The notes under the pieces were generated by a model. It was not told the DNA's origin and did no database searches. It saw only the letters and a list, made by a program, of their open reading frames with translations. A DNA stretch of 64,000 bases from Epiperipatus broadwayi (taxonomy: Eukaryota > Animalia > Onychophora), in NCBI GenBank assembly GCA_028023455.1, contig JAQFVV010000001.1, positions 2,356,001 through 2,420,000 on the forward strand, written 5' to 3'. The position numbers and the translations under genes are program-made. Positions 39,584 through 53,109 of this stretch are shown here, one piece after another. How positions within the stretch are numbered: the first letter of the stretch is position 1; each line of letters begins with the position of its first letter.

Positions 39584-39954
39584 TTATTTTTTCAGATGTA
39601 TGTGGTCATATGTATTGGTTATATTGGATCTAGTAAATGACTAAAGGGAGCTTGAAAGCTTGGATTCAAATCCCCATAATTATAAATATAAATAAATAAA
39701 AATAAACATGAACTCATTGTTCATAGAAGTATGGTGCATGCCCAATCAGGTGTGAATGACATCTTATATATTATAATCTTTTTTTTTCAGTAGTGCAACA
39801 ATTTTAATTTCCAACACAGATTAATCTAGTATTTATACATTCTAATTATAAATAGCTAGATTTCATTTATAACCACTGTTGGATGACTAGCTGTAAACTA
39901 TCCATATGTAATAATAATAACTTCAACTTTTGTATAACTTGAAAAAAAAAAACA

Positions 39955-40030
39955 GATTTACCGAGTCTAGAATCAAACTCTAGGTTATAAGTATTGCAGG
40001 TGGATGTACTAACCATCACATCATGAAGTT
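39955..40030 (-). mobile_element. Possible old tRNA-derived SINE remnant
   Basis: Minus: GTGATGGTTAGTACATCCACCTGCA...GAGTTTGATTCT, A/B-box-like spacing; highly decayed. Confidence 0.3.
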
Positions 40031-41278
40031 ATTTATTGAATTAATAAAAGTAATATAAGTTAGAACAGCTTCAGTCTAAAGGAAGCTATATATTTTTTCC
40101 AGAATTACATTAGAGAATTCAATACTATGTGGTTCAATTTATGGCAGAGTCTGTAACTTCCTAACTGCCTAATGTAGAATCTTAAAAATTTATGTTAGTA
40201 TAATCAGTACCAGATTATTAAATATTAGCAGAGTTCAAAATTTGTGATATACAAATTCTAATATTTTTACAGATTTTTAGTTAAGTTAAAGAATAACCCT
40301 GATTTTAAACTATTTTGCTCTCACTGAAGTAAATTAACATGAATCTATACTAAGTGGGTATCTCAGTGTGGAGATATATCATATGTTAATTTGTGACATG
40401 TTAAATTTTTGAAGATTGTTAAGGCAGTTTGTGCTGGTGATTCATTAATTCATTTAAAGATTAATACAATACTTAAATAAATAAAAATGGAGAAAATGGA
40501 AATAATCTATAGACTAATACAATGTTTATATAAAGTTCAATCTCCGTAAGCCATTAAAACATTTAATAACAATGGTAATTTAATTGTAGTGATATTTGAA
40601 ATGAAAAAAAAAACTCTTAAGATTATATCTGTTAATAATAAATCTTATAAGCATTTGTTTGTTATGCAAAACTAATAATCTATGCTTCTCATGGAAAACT
40701 TTTTGTAATGGGTGCAAAATATCAGATTTTATAAGACCCGTAACACTTTTCTACCTATGCACATTGTTTTATATTATTGTCTCTTTAACTTATTGCTTAA
40801 TATACATGACTTTGTCAAGATGAAAATGTCATTCTTTTCAGATTATTAAAAGAGTCTGATATTTATTTATTTTAAATTATGTTAATCAAAATAACTTTTG
40901 ATTAAATATTTATTTGCTATAAAGCTTTATTATGGATTTTAGCATGGATATAGTTTTAAGTGTAATTACATTTTAAATTTTTTTTTGTTTATTTATTAAT
41001 TATATATAATAAATTTTGCATATGTATGTTGATATGCTTTCAAAACATTGAAAAAAGAATAATTATACAATTCGTATATGCAACATTCTATCATGCACAT
41101 ATATGTAATGATGTTAGCTTTTATACTTCTTCTATACAGAATGTAATAAATGTAATAAGGGCGCTTATATGTAACTATAGAGAAGCTTGTTATTTTTATA
41201 AATTAAATACGACATTCTCATATTCAGAGCAAGATGAAGAGGAATGGAATTCTATATATTTGAAGAGTTAAAAAAATC

Positions 41279-41870
41279 AAATTCGATGTTAAATTAGAGT
41301 TTTCATTTTTTCGTGAGAGGGAAAGATAAGTCTCTATGGTTGATAGCATTTGTATTATTGGCTGCAACCCTCCCTTGTTTTTCTCTTTGAAAGATAGGCT
41401 TGAGCACCATTTACAAAATTAAATGCCCTCACCCTGGATGTCAATCAATCTTTTATGGGGAACCCTGAGCATCCTTGTCTATATGTCTTTCCTAACATCA
41501 ATGCTTATACAAAAGAGATTCTGACAAGCCAGAATGAAGCTCTATATTCCTTGAGCATTGAAAGGCAACATGACATCAATTTATCCTCTTCTACACTACC
41601 ATCCAATACATTGAATGAAATGATTCAAAGAGAAAATAAGAGGTTTGCTATATGGCCAATAATACAAATGCTATCAACTGTAGAGACATCCTTCCCTCTC
41701 TCCAAAAAATGGATACTCTAATTTAAATATTCAACATCGAATTTAAATAAATTTTAATTTCTTCAAATATGTACATTTACACCCATCTTTCCATTATGAT
41801 TATAGTTCATCTTGCTATGAATATGAGAATGCCATAAGTTCTCGAAAGTGCTGAGCCATATTTAATTTAA
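41279..41870 (+). mobile_element. 5'-truncated Penelope-like element (GIY-YIG end + tail) with inverted 5' duplication
   Basis: IYKIKCPHPGCQSIFYGE..ASLSICLS.H is a PLE GIY-YIG motif; 41279-41362 is the reverse complement of 41654-41744; tail carries an HHR-like motif at 41811-41859. Confidence 0.75.
41811..41859 (+). ncRNA. Variant (A3:U8) minimal hammerhead in PLE tail
   Basis: TGCT-ATGAATA-T-GAGAA-TGCCATAAG-TTCTC-GAAA-GTGC-TG-AGCCAT; perfect 5-bp stem II; position 17 is G (non-cleavable in this copy). Confidence 0.55.
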
Positions 41871-42025
41871 AGAAATAACAGTCATATCTATAGTTGTGTA
41901 TAAGTGCATTTATTACATATATTACATACACACACACATATAATTATTAAAATCAGTCACCACTTAAATAATCCCAATTTCAATAACAATCAATAATCTC
42001 AACCTGTTGTTCAAGGCAAAAATCT

Positions 42026-42039
42026 GTTGTCATGGCAAC
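42026..42039. promoter_or_regulatory. RFX X-box motif GTTGTCATGGCAAC
   Basis: One mismatch from the palindromic X-box GTTGCCATGGCAAC; no downstream gene confirmed. Confidence 0.4.
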
Positions 42040-45000
42040 CTTTTAACAATATATATATATATAGCAATGTTATGGACTTGGGAACAGCTCTGGCCAAGTT
42101 GTGCATTATAAGCCCCCTCAATTAAGTAAGCTTAAAAGGGGGGGGGGTAAACTAAATATTCTTGACTTAAATAAAAGAAAATTAATGTAAAAAAAAAAAA
42201 GATTCTCAATTGATATCTTATACCTATCTGAATATATAAATAAAATTATATTTAGGCAATTATATAATTGTAATGAAATGGCATTAATAAAGAGAGTTTC
42301 ATAAAATTTGAAAAACGTTGTGTATGCTTAATATACTAAGTTATAAAACAAAAAATTATATATTTGTAACTTTCCTTAGAATTTAATTAAAGCTAAATTC
42401 TATCAAAAAAAAAAGAAAGAAAATCCCCAAAACAAGTATTAATTAAGATTAATGATAAAGTTTAATTGAGGTTAAAATTTATTAAAATAATATGTAATTG
42501 TGGGTAATTAAACAACTAAGGAAAAAAACAATTAATGGTAATTTATTAAAAAATGAAAAATGGGGATTAAAGATATAAAGTGAAGACTATTATAAGAAGA
42601 GATGTCTTTACTTGGGCAAATGCTATAAAAGAAAAAAAAGAAGAGGAGATCAACAACAATGATTAAAAGAGTCAAAGTATATGTTGCTTGCATTTCATAG
42701 CTTGCAAAAATTCAAATCTAGATGCAGAAGAATTTTACAGCATCTAAGAAGACCACTACTTTTCAGTACTGATATAAAACCAGCTAGTTTATTGAAATTC
42801 TTGAAGTAAAAAGAACAAACATAATTTTCTAATCCTACCCAAAGTCAGTCTCCGAGATAGCCTGTTCAACTTTTAAAAAAATGACTATAAAAAGCCTAGA
42901 AAAGGAGGACAAATGAAATATAGCATTTTACCCATGAGAGAACTGTTTTCAATCACCTGCCTTTTACTTGGTCACATACTTAAGTAACAGATTAATTAGA
43001 ACCAAGAAAAATTTAATTAAAATCAACCAACAGAGATTTTATCATATTTTGGACTTGAATTTATGCATGTGTGGAAAGCTCGCTAAACTGTCTAAAGAAA
43101 CTATGATAAGATATGCATATATATGAAGCCTTCTTGAAATATAAGTATCATATATATATATATTAGTAACTGTATTTTTTTAAAGTATACATTATTTAAA
43201 TATTTTTCTGCTTATCATTAACAATTTTTTTAGTAAAGTAAAACAAGGTGATAAGATATTAGGTGAATATGTCTATATTTTATAGTTAATTTCCAATCTT
43301 TTTTTATTATGTTCATTAATTATTTTAATCATCAAACAAAAATGTGTAATATCTGAAATCAATCAAAATTACTTAAAATATTGTTATTTAACTGCATTAC
43401 TCTCTCAATAGTTTTATCTCCAATGTGTACATAAATTGTCCACCATTGATCTGGAGCATTTATGCTCTTAAGTTAAGCAAAACTGTTTCTTACCATGATG
43501 ATGTCAGAGGATAATAATTTTACATGTGGTCTTTTTTTTTAGAAAAAAAAAAACAGCATCCTGAAATTGGGTTAAGGGAATTCAAAAATCTGTGCAATCA
43601 AAGGATTTATTAACAAATGTTACTTAATGTATGATGATCAAGAAATATAATCAGAGTATCTTATATAAGCATTTATATAAGAGACAAAAGGTTTGATAAT
43701 TATTAAGATCTATTTTTAATTAAATTTAATTAATTGAAATGTCAATTAATCTTTAGGTGTACTGATGATGACAATGCATCTATAACACACAGATTCCCAG
43801 AGTTTAAACAGTGTTCAATATGGAGTATGAATTAATAAAATATAAGAGCCTGTACCCTAAAGAGTGCAAAATGAATAAAAACTATGAACTGAGACCTGAG
43901 AGTAGCACAGAATATATAAGTAAAATTGAATGTAAAAAAAAGGGAATTGATTAAAGCAGCATTGTTGGTGGGCAGGCAGAAAAATGCAAATGAAAAATGA
44001 GATGATGGGCAAATTAGCATTGAATGTAATTTGATCTTGGTCAGTTAGTTGCACTGCGAGGGTGAAGCTCCTGCACTACTTAATGGAAATATTTTTTTAA
44101 AAAAGAATATAAAATAAATAAGAGTAATTATCAATCTTTTTAATAGTAGAATAAAATAATTGATGTTAATGAGATCTAGGACTAAGAAAATAATGCAAAT
44201 GGAAAATGAAAGTAATGCTGCAGAAACAATATTGAATGCTGGCCTTCAAGTACATGTAAAGCAGAGATAGAAAATTCAAGATTACATTTCAAACAAAATA
44301 GGGACTTGGAGATAATTAGCAAGTGAGTGGAGAAAATAATAATAAAAAATAAATAAATAATGACATCATGAGTGAGATGTTAAAAAAAAATAAAAAAGAG
44401 AATCAACACATAATGAAAAAGATGTTAAAAGAAAATAAAGAAGAGAAACAGCACATAATGAAAGAGCTTCTGTTCCCAAAAAAGTCATGATTCGTCACTA
44501 GGGAGTTAATCTGGATTTATGTAATATGTGTATATTAGCTATTATGTAAAAATTGTTGTGGCAAGTAAAATAAAAACATTATAAAAAAGATTATATAGTG
44601 TGCTTCTGTTTCGAAAAAGTCATGCTTCGTCATATATATATACCAATGCATAATAAACAAATAATTTATTTATATAAAAATTTAACTAACTGCACTGTCT
44701 AGTATTACAATATCATAAATACAAGCAGACAGAACCCACCTTCTATTTACATGCTAAAACAATAGAAATGAATGTTTAAATAAGCAGAGAATGTTATAAT
44801 GGCAAACTCAATTAACTTTCTATTTTCAATTTACAAGGTAATTCTTATTTGTAATACTTTTAATAACATTGTAGTAGATCTCAGTACTTATATAATAATT
44901 ATAGCAATATGTAATGCTAAATTGACATTTTTATAAACAAACATCATGTCAACTATATATATATACAATTTAATCTGCTATTACACAAAGTATTATTATC

Positions 45001-48000
45001 TTCTTATTACAAGCAGACAGATAAGTGAGCCCATCATCTATCTACTCATTTAAACTTATAAATAGACTGTAAATGAGACCATCAAATAATAAGACCAAAT
45101 ATTTAAATAAGCTGACAGCCTTTTAAAATGGCAACTTGATTAACTTAGTATTTTCTATGTATAAAGTGTTGTAAGTTTATATATATGTTTTGCGTAATTA
45201 AAAGCATTAGAAATTAGTATTGTTTTGTAAATGAGAACTAAATATAATTTAATTTGCGATTGTAACATTTTTGACTTATATAAATATTTTTTCTTATAAT
45301 ATCTGGTGTACAGTCTATTTATAAGTCTAGATAATTGCTTAAAAATATGTAAAATACTCTCAGTCCTACAATGCATCTGTAATTATTCATACTAAGAAAC
45401 ATATGGTATGCATACTGTTCCTTGACATTTGGCATTAAGAAATACAATGTACCCAAAAGAAATAACAAGAAATTGTTCATCTCATACTTGTATTCTTTCA
45501 AATTTTTGTCCAAGAACATCATGCACAAAACCTGGCAATGTACAATTTACCTCAGTTTTGCACACAGTTTGAACCTTTTTTACCATTAACATTCCCCATT
45601 TGGACTCACCAATATATGAACAATATTTTAAATGCTTGGGAACAAATCAGTTCAGTCATCATGACTTTGTAATATTTGGATATGAATTTTGGTATATATA
45701 TCTTTAAACAGCCATAAGCAATCACCAGTAGTATGCACTTGGCAATAAATTATGTTAGAGAAATAATTCTTAATAGCATTAATATGTATAAGTTAATCAA
45801 CTATATCCACATAAAATGCTATGTTTTTTAAATTTGTATCATTCTTCAATCAGAATTGAAGAACTTATTGTATTCCCATATCATTATTATATGTTGTAAT
45901 TTCATCATAATTTTTGCCTATTGAACTTAAATTTATTCTATTGTATATATGTTAATATTTTATATAATTTGTTATCAATAAAGTTTTTTTAATATAAAAA
46001 AAAAAAGAAAGATGGTAAATGAGTTAATTTTTCCATCTGCTTAAAATTTGTGCTCTGTAACATTAGATACATTGATTAATTCAATTGCATATGCAAATTG
46101 TTGTGAAATTTGTATATAAAATATACCAATTTGGTATTATGCATAAATATAATTGTTATATGTTTAATTAATGGAAGTTTACAAGAGTATTAAGTTATTA
46201 TTCGTCCTATGAATGTACATCCTAAGCTTATTTAGAACATTTAATCCTACTAACATATTTGATTAATAGTTTTATTTTTAAGCTTAGATGGGCAGATATA
46301 AAGAGGATTTATTTTTCTGTCTGCTCATAATTTGAACTCCATAATGCTAAGTTATGTGCCTGATTAAATTGTGTACTAAGTTATGGTAATATTTCTTGAA
46401 AGTGGTTTATTAAAATTTTCTAGGCAGATTTAATCACAATCTGTTTTAATCATGCATTTATACATCAATCATTTTAGATACAGAATAAAAGTTGGAATTT
46501 TATCTTTTATTTGTTGAGATTACCTTGACAATAGATTTTTTGATATTCTATTGGTTTATTCAAGTTTTGGCAATTGTGGAGTGATTTAGATATGGACCCT
46601 AATAACATTATATATATATATTGTAACACTATGTATATGAAATGTATGAAGAAATGACATAGCCCCAATCATTGGGAGGTAAATGTAATACTACGTATGA
46701 TGCTATGTATGAAAGGATGAAATTAATATAATACAATAGGTATGCCTTAACTATATATGAAAAGATACACTTGCCTTAAATGTAATAAAATGTAATAAAA
46801 AATACAATTGCACCAAATGTAATAGTAAGTAGAATATACATATAAAGAAAGGTCCTAACAATTGAAATGGCCCCAATTGGTAGTAACAAATGTAATAGTA
46901 CTTATTATGACATGCCATATATGTATAAAGAGAAAAGAAATTGCCTCAAAAATGAATGTAATAAAATATACTAATTCCAGCCATTGAATATGAGTTACAA
47001 TAAATCAGGTTATGATGTTTATCTTTATTTGAACAAATTACTAATTTATAAAGTTACAGGTAATAAATGATCTACTTATAGAAAATATATTACTCATGAG
47101 TGAATGTACTCTAATCAGTACTTATATTGTTACTTCAGCTAGCTATACAAAATAACCTAAATACTACAGAGCATTGACTAAAGCATGTTAACTGGTTAAT
47201 TCTCAGGGTTAATTTAACTAACAATTTGGTTAGTTAATAAATATAAATTGGAACAAAGAGAATTTTATTGAATTCAAAAAATATATATATATATTCACAA
47301 ATAAGATTACATGTAATTTAATATTTCCATTACTGATGCCTTATAAAAATAATTCACTAATATACAAGATTATCATTTAGTCAAATGGATGAATTTGTCA
47401 ACCAATTAATAACTGATGTACTAAAAAGAGAAAAAAACAGATATTAATAAATTTCAAATGAAAACTCAAAGTCATTCTTTTTATATAAACAAATGATATT
47501 AGCTTTATTCCAAGATTGTGATTTTATATTTTTATAATAGCTCAAATATATATATATGGAAAACATAAAAAAAACAACTTGTTTTTCAAATGTTCATTTT
47601 TTAAAAATATAAATCAAAATAAAAGATCTACCAATAATAAACATTACTTGCAGTTGATATTTATAGAATTGTGTAAAACTCTTGTAAAATTAAATCAATA
47701 TACAAATAAATAAATAAATTGATGATATCTTGTTAAATTAATAATTTAGGTTATAGATGTATGTCCTTAAAGTTGATCAACAAACAGAATGATACAGAAG
47801 ACAATATCAAGAGCTCTTTCCCACTATGCTATAAGGATTTATTCACTTTATTTTAAACCACATCTTTTATTATGAACATCAACTAGTTGGGCTTTTTTTA
47901 TTAATATAAGGCTTATATCTTAACCTGAAAAGTTCAACATTTATTCCATAAGTTTATTAACTTAGGGTTTATTAAACCTAGCACAATATATATAAAAATA

Positions 48001-48155
48001 TCATATCATCTCAGCCCTTATGTATAAACAAAACATATACATAACAAGACAATTTTTAAATACAAATGTGGAAATATTAATATATAACTTCAATATTTTC
48101 TCATTCTTCTCTTTCAATTTCTTTGCATATCTTCATATATTCATATATATATTGC

Positions 48156-48342
48156 TTATAACACTTCTTTCATATACGCTTCAATGCAAACAAATTTTCT
48201 TTAAAACTTATTTATTTTCCTTACAGTTTCAACTGTCCAGCAGTCTTTATCAGAGTACCTCTATGCTTCTTCTCTGCTTTAATTAAAGAAGTTTTTAAGA
48301 AAATTTGTTTGCACTGAAGTGTATATGAAAGAAGTGTTATAA
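48156..48342. repeat. Foldback: ~54-bp imperfect inverted arms with ~79-bp spacer
   Basis: ATAACACTTCTTTCATATACGCTTCAATGCAAACAAATTTTCTTTAAAACTT (48156-48209) vs its reverse complement at 48289-48342. Confidence 0.8.
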
Positions 48343-49649
48343 ACTTCAATATTTAACACTATAAATTTATCCAATCCTTTCAAAATACATCTAATAATAA
48401 TACAATTCAAATAATTGAAGAGTTAAGAAAATTATTAAATAATGATATAATTTGTAAATACGGTTCTATAAAAATTTATATATTTATATACAACTCCTAT
48501 GCAATTAAGTGTAATTTATTATTTTCCAATCTAAATTGATACATGACATTTATTATTTAATATATATATAGATATACATATATATATATATACATTTTAC
48601 ATATATATATATATATATATATATGTAAAATGTGAATCAAATACTATATTAAAATATATATATATTATTACAATCATTATTTTACCTTGGCATTTAACAA
48701 TATATTCATGCAATTTAAGAAATAAAATTTCTTAAAAAAACAACAACAAATATATATATTAAAAATTGACTTTCATTATCATTAATAAGTTTTAACATTC
48801 AAAAAGAAACTTATAGGTTTGTTTTAAATATCACAATTGTATACACTTTTAAAAAGATATATTTTAAAATGTTATAAAAAATAATAGATGTATAAAACAA
48901 GAAAAAAGACAAATTTTAATTACCATTTAATTTCTTTTAATGTCTCTTCATTTCCCAGTCCACTAATTATTTCAGGCATTTTTCTTTTATTTTATCCATC
49001 CCAGAGTAGATTGAAATAACTTTAAAATATGTATACATATTATTAATGAATTTATTGATTTTTCTGTTGTTGGAGCAATTGATTCCAGTCATTTTCTATA
49101 TATTTAATTATAGAAATAATTAAACTTGAGTATTATTTAGGATCACTAAAAAAAAAATTTAAAGTTGGAAAAAAAATATATAGATAGCTATTTTTCTGAA
49201 GTTTGTTTGCAAACGCAGGTTTGATTTCAGGCTGCATATATTACTGGACTTTAATAATGAAATAAGACAGGCAAAAGGGTTCAAAAACCTCTGGATAGTA
49301 AAGTTCACTTTAGCCAACGATTTTGATATTATCTTGGACCAGGAATTATTATATTGAGAGCCAAAAGAATAATTTGTGAAATAGATAAATAAAGCTGTGA
49401 CTTCTTTCTTCTTCTGTTTTATTAATTAATCATGGCAATTCTGTTCTGGGTTTCCATAGTAATCTTTGTCCTATTGTTATAACTCATGCGCTAATTTAAA
49501 AACTTTAACACTGTTGATTTTAACCTATTTTTCAACAGCCACGGTTAAAAATGTGACAGACATTTGATTGACTTTCCATCATTCAAATCCTAGCAGTTTT
49601 AGAGCTATAGTAAACATTTTAGTGTCGTTTAAAAGATTATAAAAAGTTC

Positions 49650-50060
49650 TGTAAGATGCTGCCCTCTCATGAATTATTTTACAAGTAAAAAATCAATAAA
49701 ACTATCAGTTAAGGTCAAACAAAGATAGAAGGTGGACTTGTCTTAAATCTGATTGGCTATTAAATTTCGACAACAAAGAAAATCTCTTGTCAATAACAAA
49801 ATTGCTCCAATTTCTTTTGTTTTATTTTGAAAGCAATAAACGAATGTTTTAGACTATTCTAAAGGGTTTTTTGACATATTATAAATTATTTTGATAAAAT
49901 ATGCTAAAATTAAAATTATTATAGAAAAATATATAAGATTTTAATAAAAATTATTTATTTTTCGGGAACATAAAACTGAGAAAGAAATCACTGATGTCAG
50001 TAACTCTTTTTAATTGGTTTCTAATTTGATTTTTAAATTCACCACTATCGAATATTTCTA
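49650..50060 (+). repeat. Dispersed ~410-bp repeat, copy 1 (inverted partner at 58772-59175)
   Basis: Shared blocks CTGCCCTCTC.TGAATTATTTTACAAGTAAAAAATCAATAAAA, TGATTGGCT..TAAATTT.GACAACAAAGAAAAT, ATAAACGAATGTTTTAGA, AAATTATTTTGATAAAATA, ATCGAATATTT. Confidence 0.8.
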
Positions 50061-50694
50061 TAATAAATAAATAGAAATTTATTTTTGAAAAAACTTTAGT
50101 TCACTTTAATAACCTGACAAATTATTAATATACTTTTTACAAACAAAACTAAAGTGAATATAATATTAAAAGATGAATATATTTTGACAATTGAGTTTGT
50201 AACTTGATCAATTAAACATTTGCCAATAAACAAATCAGCAATAAAGAGGTTAAAATATTTTTTTTTAAATAACAAAACAAAAATAAATAATGTCAATAAA
50301 TATATATATATATTCCATTGAAAAATTTATTTTATAATCTACAAAACAAATAAATAAACAGTCAGAATAATATCATTACATCTTTTATAATTTTCAAAAA
50401 AAAAATAAAAGTACAATCTAATTATAATTAGCAATTTAAATGCTACTATTGATAATTATTTTTATACATACACACTCACAAATTTATATATATCAATTGC
50501 TATTAAAATCTCATCATCATAAAACAAAGCTCATATTACAATAAATAAATAAACATGAACTAAATAACAATAAAAACAATTAACAATAATAACAATAACA
50601 ACCTATTTACAAATATTTAAGTAAAAACTAAATCAAAGAGATTTTTTAAAACTATATTGGCACTTCAAAAGAAAGGGTGAATTTTCCATCCCTT

Positions 50695-50697
<3 letters not shown>

Positions 50698-50766
<69 letters not shown>
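50698..50766. repeat. (TA)n microsatellite
   Basis: Directly visible. Confidence 0.95.
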
Positions 50767-50770
<4 letters not shown>

Positions 50771-52199
50771 AGCAGAGGAACTGCAAATGATGATTATGCA
50801 GAATATTTGGACTCTTTTTTAAAATTATTTACATATGTTAAAATTATCAATTAATATTAAATTGTTTAGAATTAAATCAATATGATTTCATTAATAAAGT
50901 CAAGATCAAAAACATTTAAAATCAATAAATAGTGAAACAATTAAGTGAACATTAATGTATTTGAAAAATATTTATTATTTTAGAAATAAAATCAAACTTA
51001 AATTTCAAATATTGTACACATTGTAATGATTAGTAGACTTTAATATACTACAATCATATCCTAGAAATTGTAAAAGACTAGAAAATTATATGTGAGGTGG
51101 ATAAATGAGATAAGGATATTTGTTGGTGTGATGTGGAAAAGAGAGGCCAAAAATCATTATTCCACAGTGAATTAATAATGGTTGAAAGTAATAATAATGA
51201 TTTGTTCTATTTATTTTTGTATTCATATTTAATATTGTTATTCTTTTGTGCATTCTTTTTTATATTCATCTTGTATTAAATATTGGGTATTCATTCACCC
51301 ATTCTACTTCATGCTTCCTTTATTTTCAATATCATGTGCTCTCTTTCTGAGACTACTGTAATTCTACAGAATAAATTCTTAATTTTTAAACAGTAATATC
51401 ATATTACTATTGTTTTTAAGAAAAGCAAAAAATATCAAATTTTCAAATTAATAGTAGAGATCCAGAAAATATCATCCACTATGGAGAGTTTGAAACCTTT
51501 AATTCCATTCTATCAAAATAAACACTTGTAAAAGAAATATAAATGTAGAAAAATTATATAATTAAATATGACTTTTTTTTCAACGTGGATGAAAGTTATT
51601 TTCATATGAAAATTTTCAAAAGTATTGAGAAATATAATGAAGGCAAGTAAATAGCAAGTTAATGAAAATAAAACATTAGTAAATCATGTATTTATTATTA
51701 GAAATTTCCAATTAAACCTTTTCTTTTTTAAATTATATTATTTGAGTACATTATTCATTTTTATTTATTTATATTCTCAAAGTAATGACATAAACACTTT
51801 TACATAAAACTTATTCTTATTTTATTCATATTACCATAATAGTTATGCTCTTTTTTAATAAAAAGATAATTTCATCCTGCTTTGAGATCTTTTATTTTAG
51901 TTGTTTTATATTAAAACTTGTAAGAACAAAGACAACTGTCAGTTAATATTAACATATTTAATTAAAATATGTTAAAAGTGCAACATAATATCAAATATAT
52001 TTTAAAGATGAACTGAATTAAGATTTATTTAACAGATAAAATGTAAAATTAAATTCATCAAAATTGGAAAAGAATAAATATCTTTATGCAACAGATACTG
52101 AAAAAGGTTTTTAATATATAAAAAATTTTGATATTTATATAGCTGTTGAAAAAGAATTTATTATTTTCTAAAAATTAAATTAGACATACAAAGTTATAT

Positions 52200-52914
<715 letters not shown>

Positions 52915-53064
52915 CTTAAAATGGACAAAATGTTTAGATTTTGTGGCTAATTATTCCTGTATAAATATATAAAATGTGCTAAAACACATGAACACACAAA
53001 GCTGAAAACAAAGAAATCTTAATCCTGTAGATTGATATAAACTAAACATATGTATCCAAGTATG

Positions 53065-53109
53065 TGGCTAAGTGCTTTTGAGGGCTGAGGTCCTCATATT
53101 CATAGCCAT
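53065..53109 (-). ncRNA. Variant (A3:U8) minimal hammerhead in inverted pLTR, G12->A
   Basis: Minus: TGGCT-ATGAATA-T-GAGGACCTCAGCCCTC-AAAA-GCAC-TT-AGCCA. Confidence 0.5.

Larger units (their letters stand above)
38565..39690 (+). mobile_element. HHR-monomer locus C: ~90-bp inverted 5' segment followed by >2 tandem monomers (period 484 bp)
   Basis: CTGATGAGTGCTGGTTC at 39055 and 39539; all monomer blocks repeat at the same spacing; 38565-38658 is the reverse complement of the GGGTTCAAATCCC region. Confidence 0.88.

Noticed and set aside
44468-45150. Short degenerate local duplications (AAAAAGTCATG.TTCGTCA twice; ACAAGCAGACAG twice), similar case at 60053/60267
   Set aside because: Old tandem duplications with no further structure or coding potential.
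49217-49350. Possible exon RFDFRLHILLDFNNEIRQAKGFKNLWI
   Set aside because: Plausible acceptor but uncertain donor, not phase-linked to other candidates, no homology recognised.
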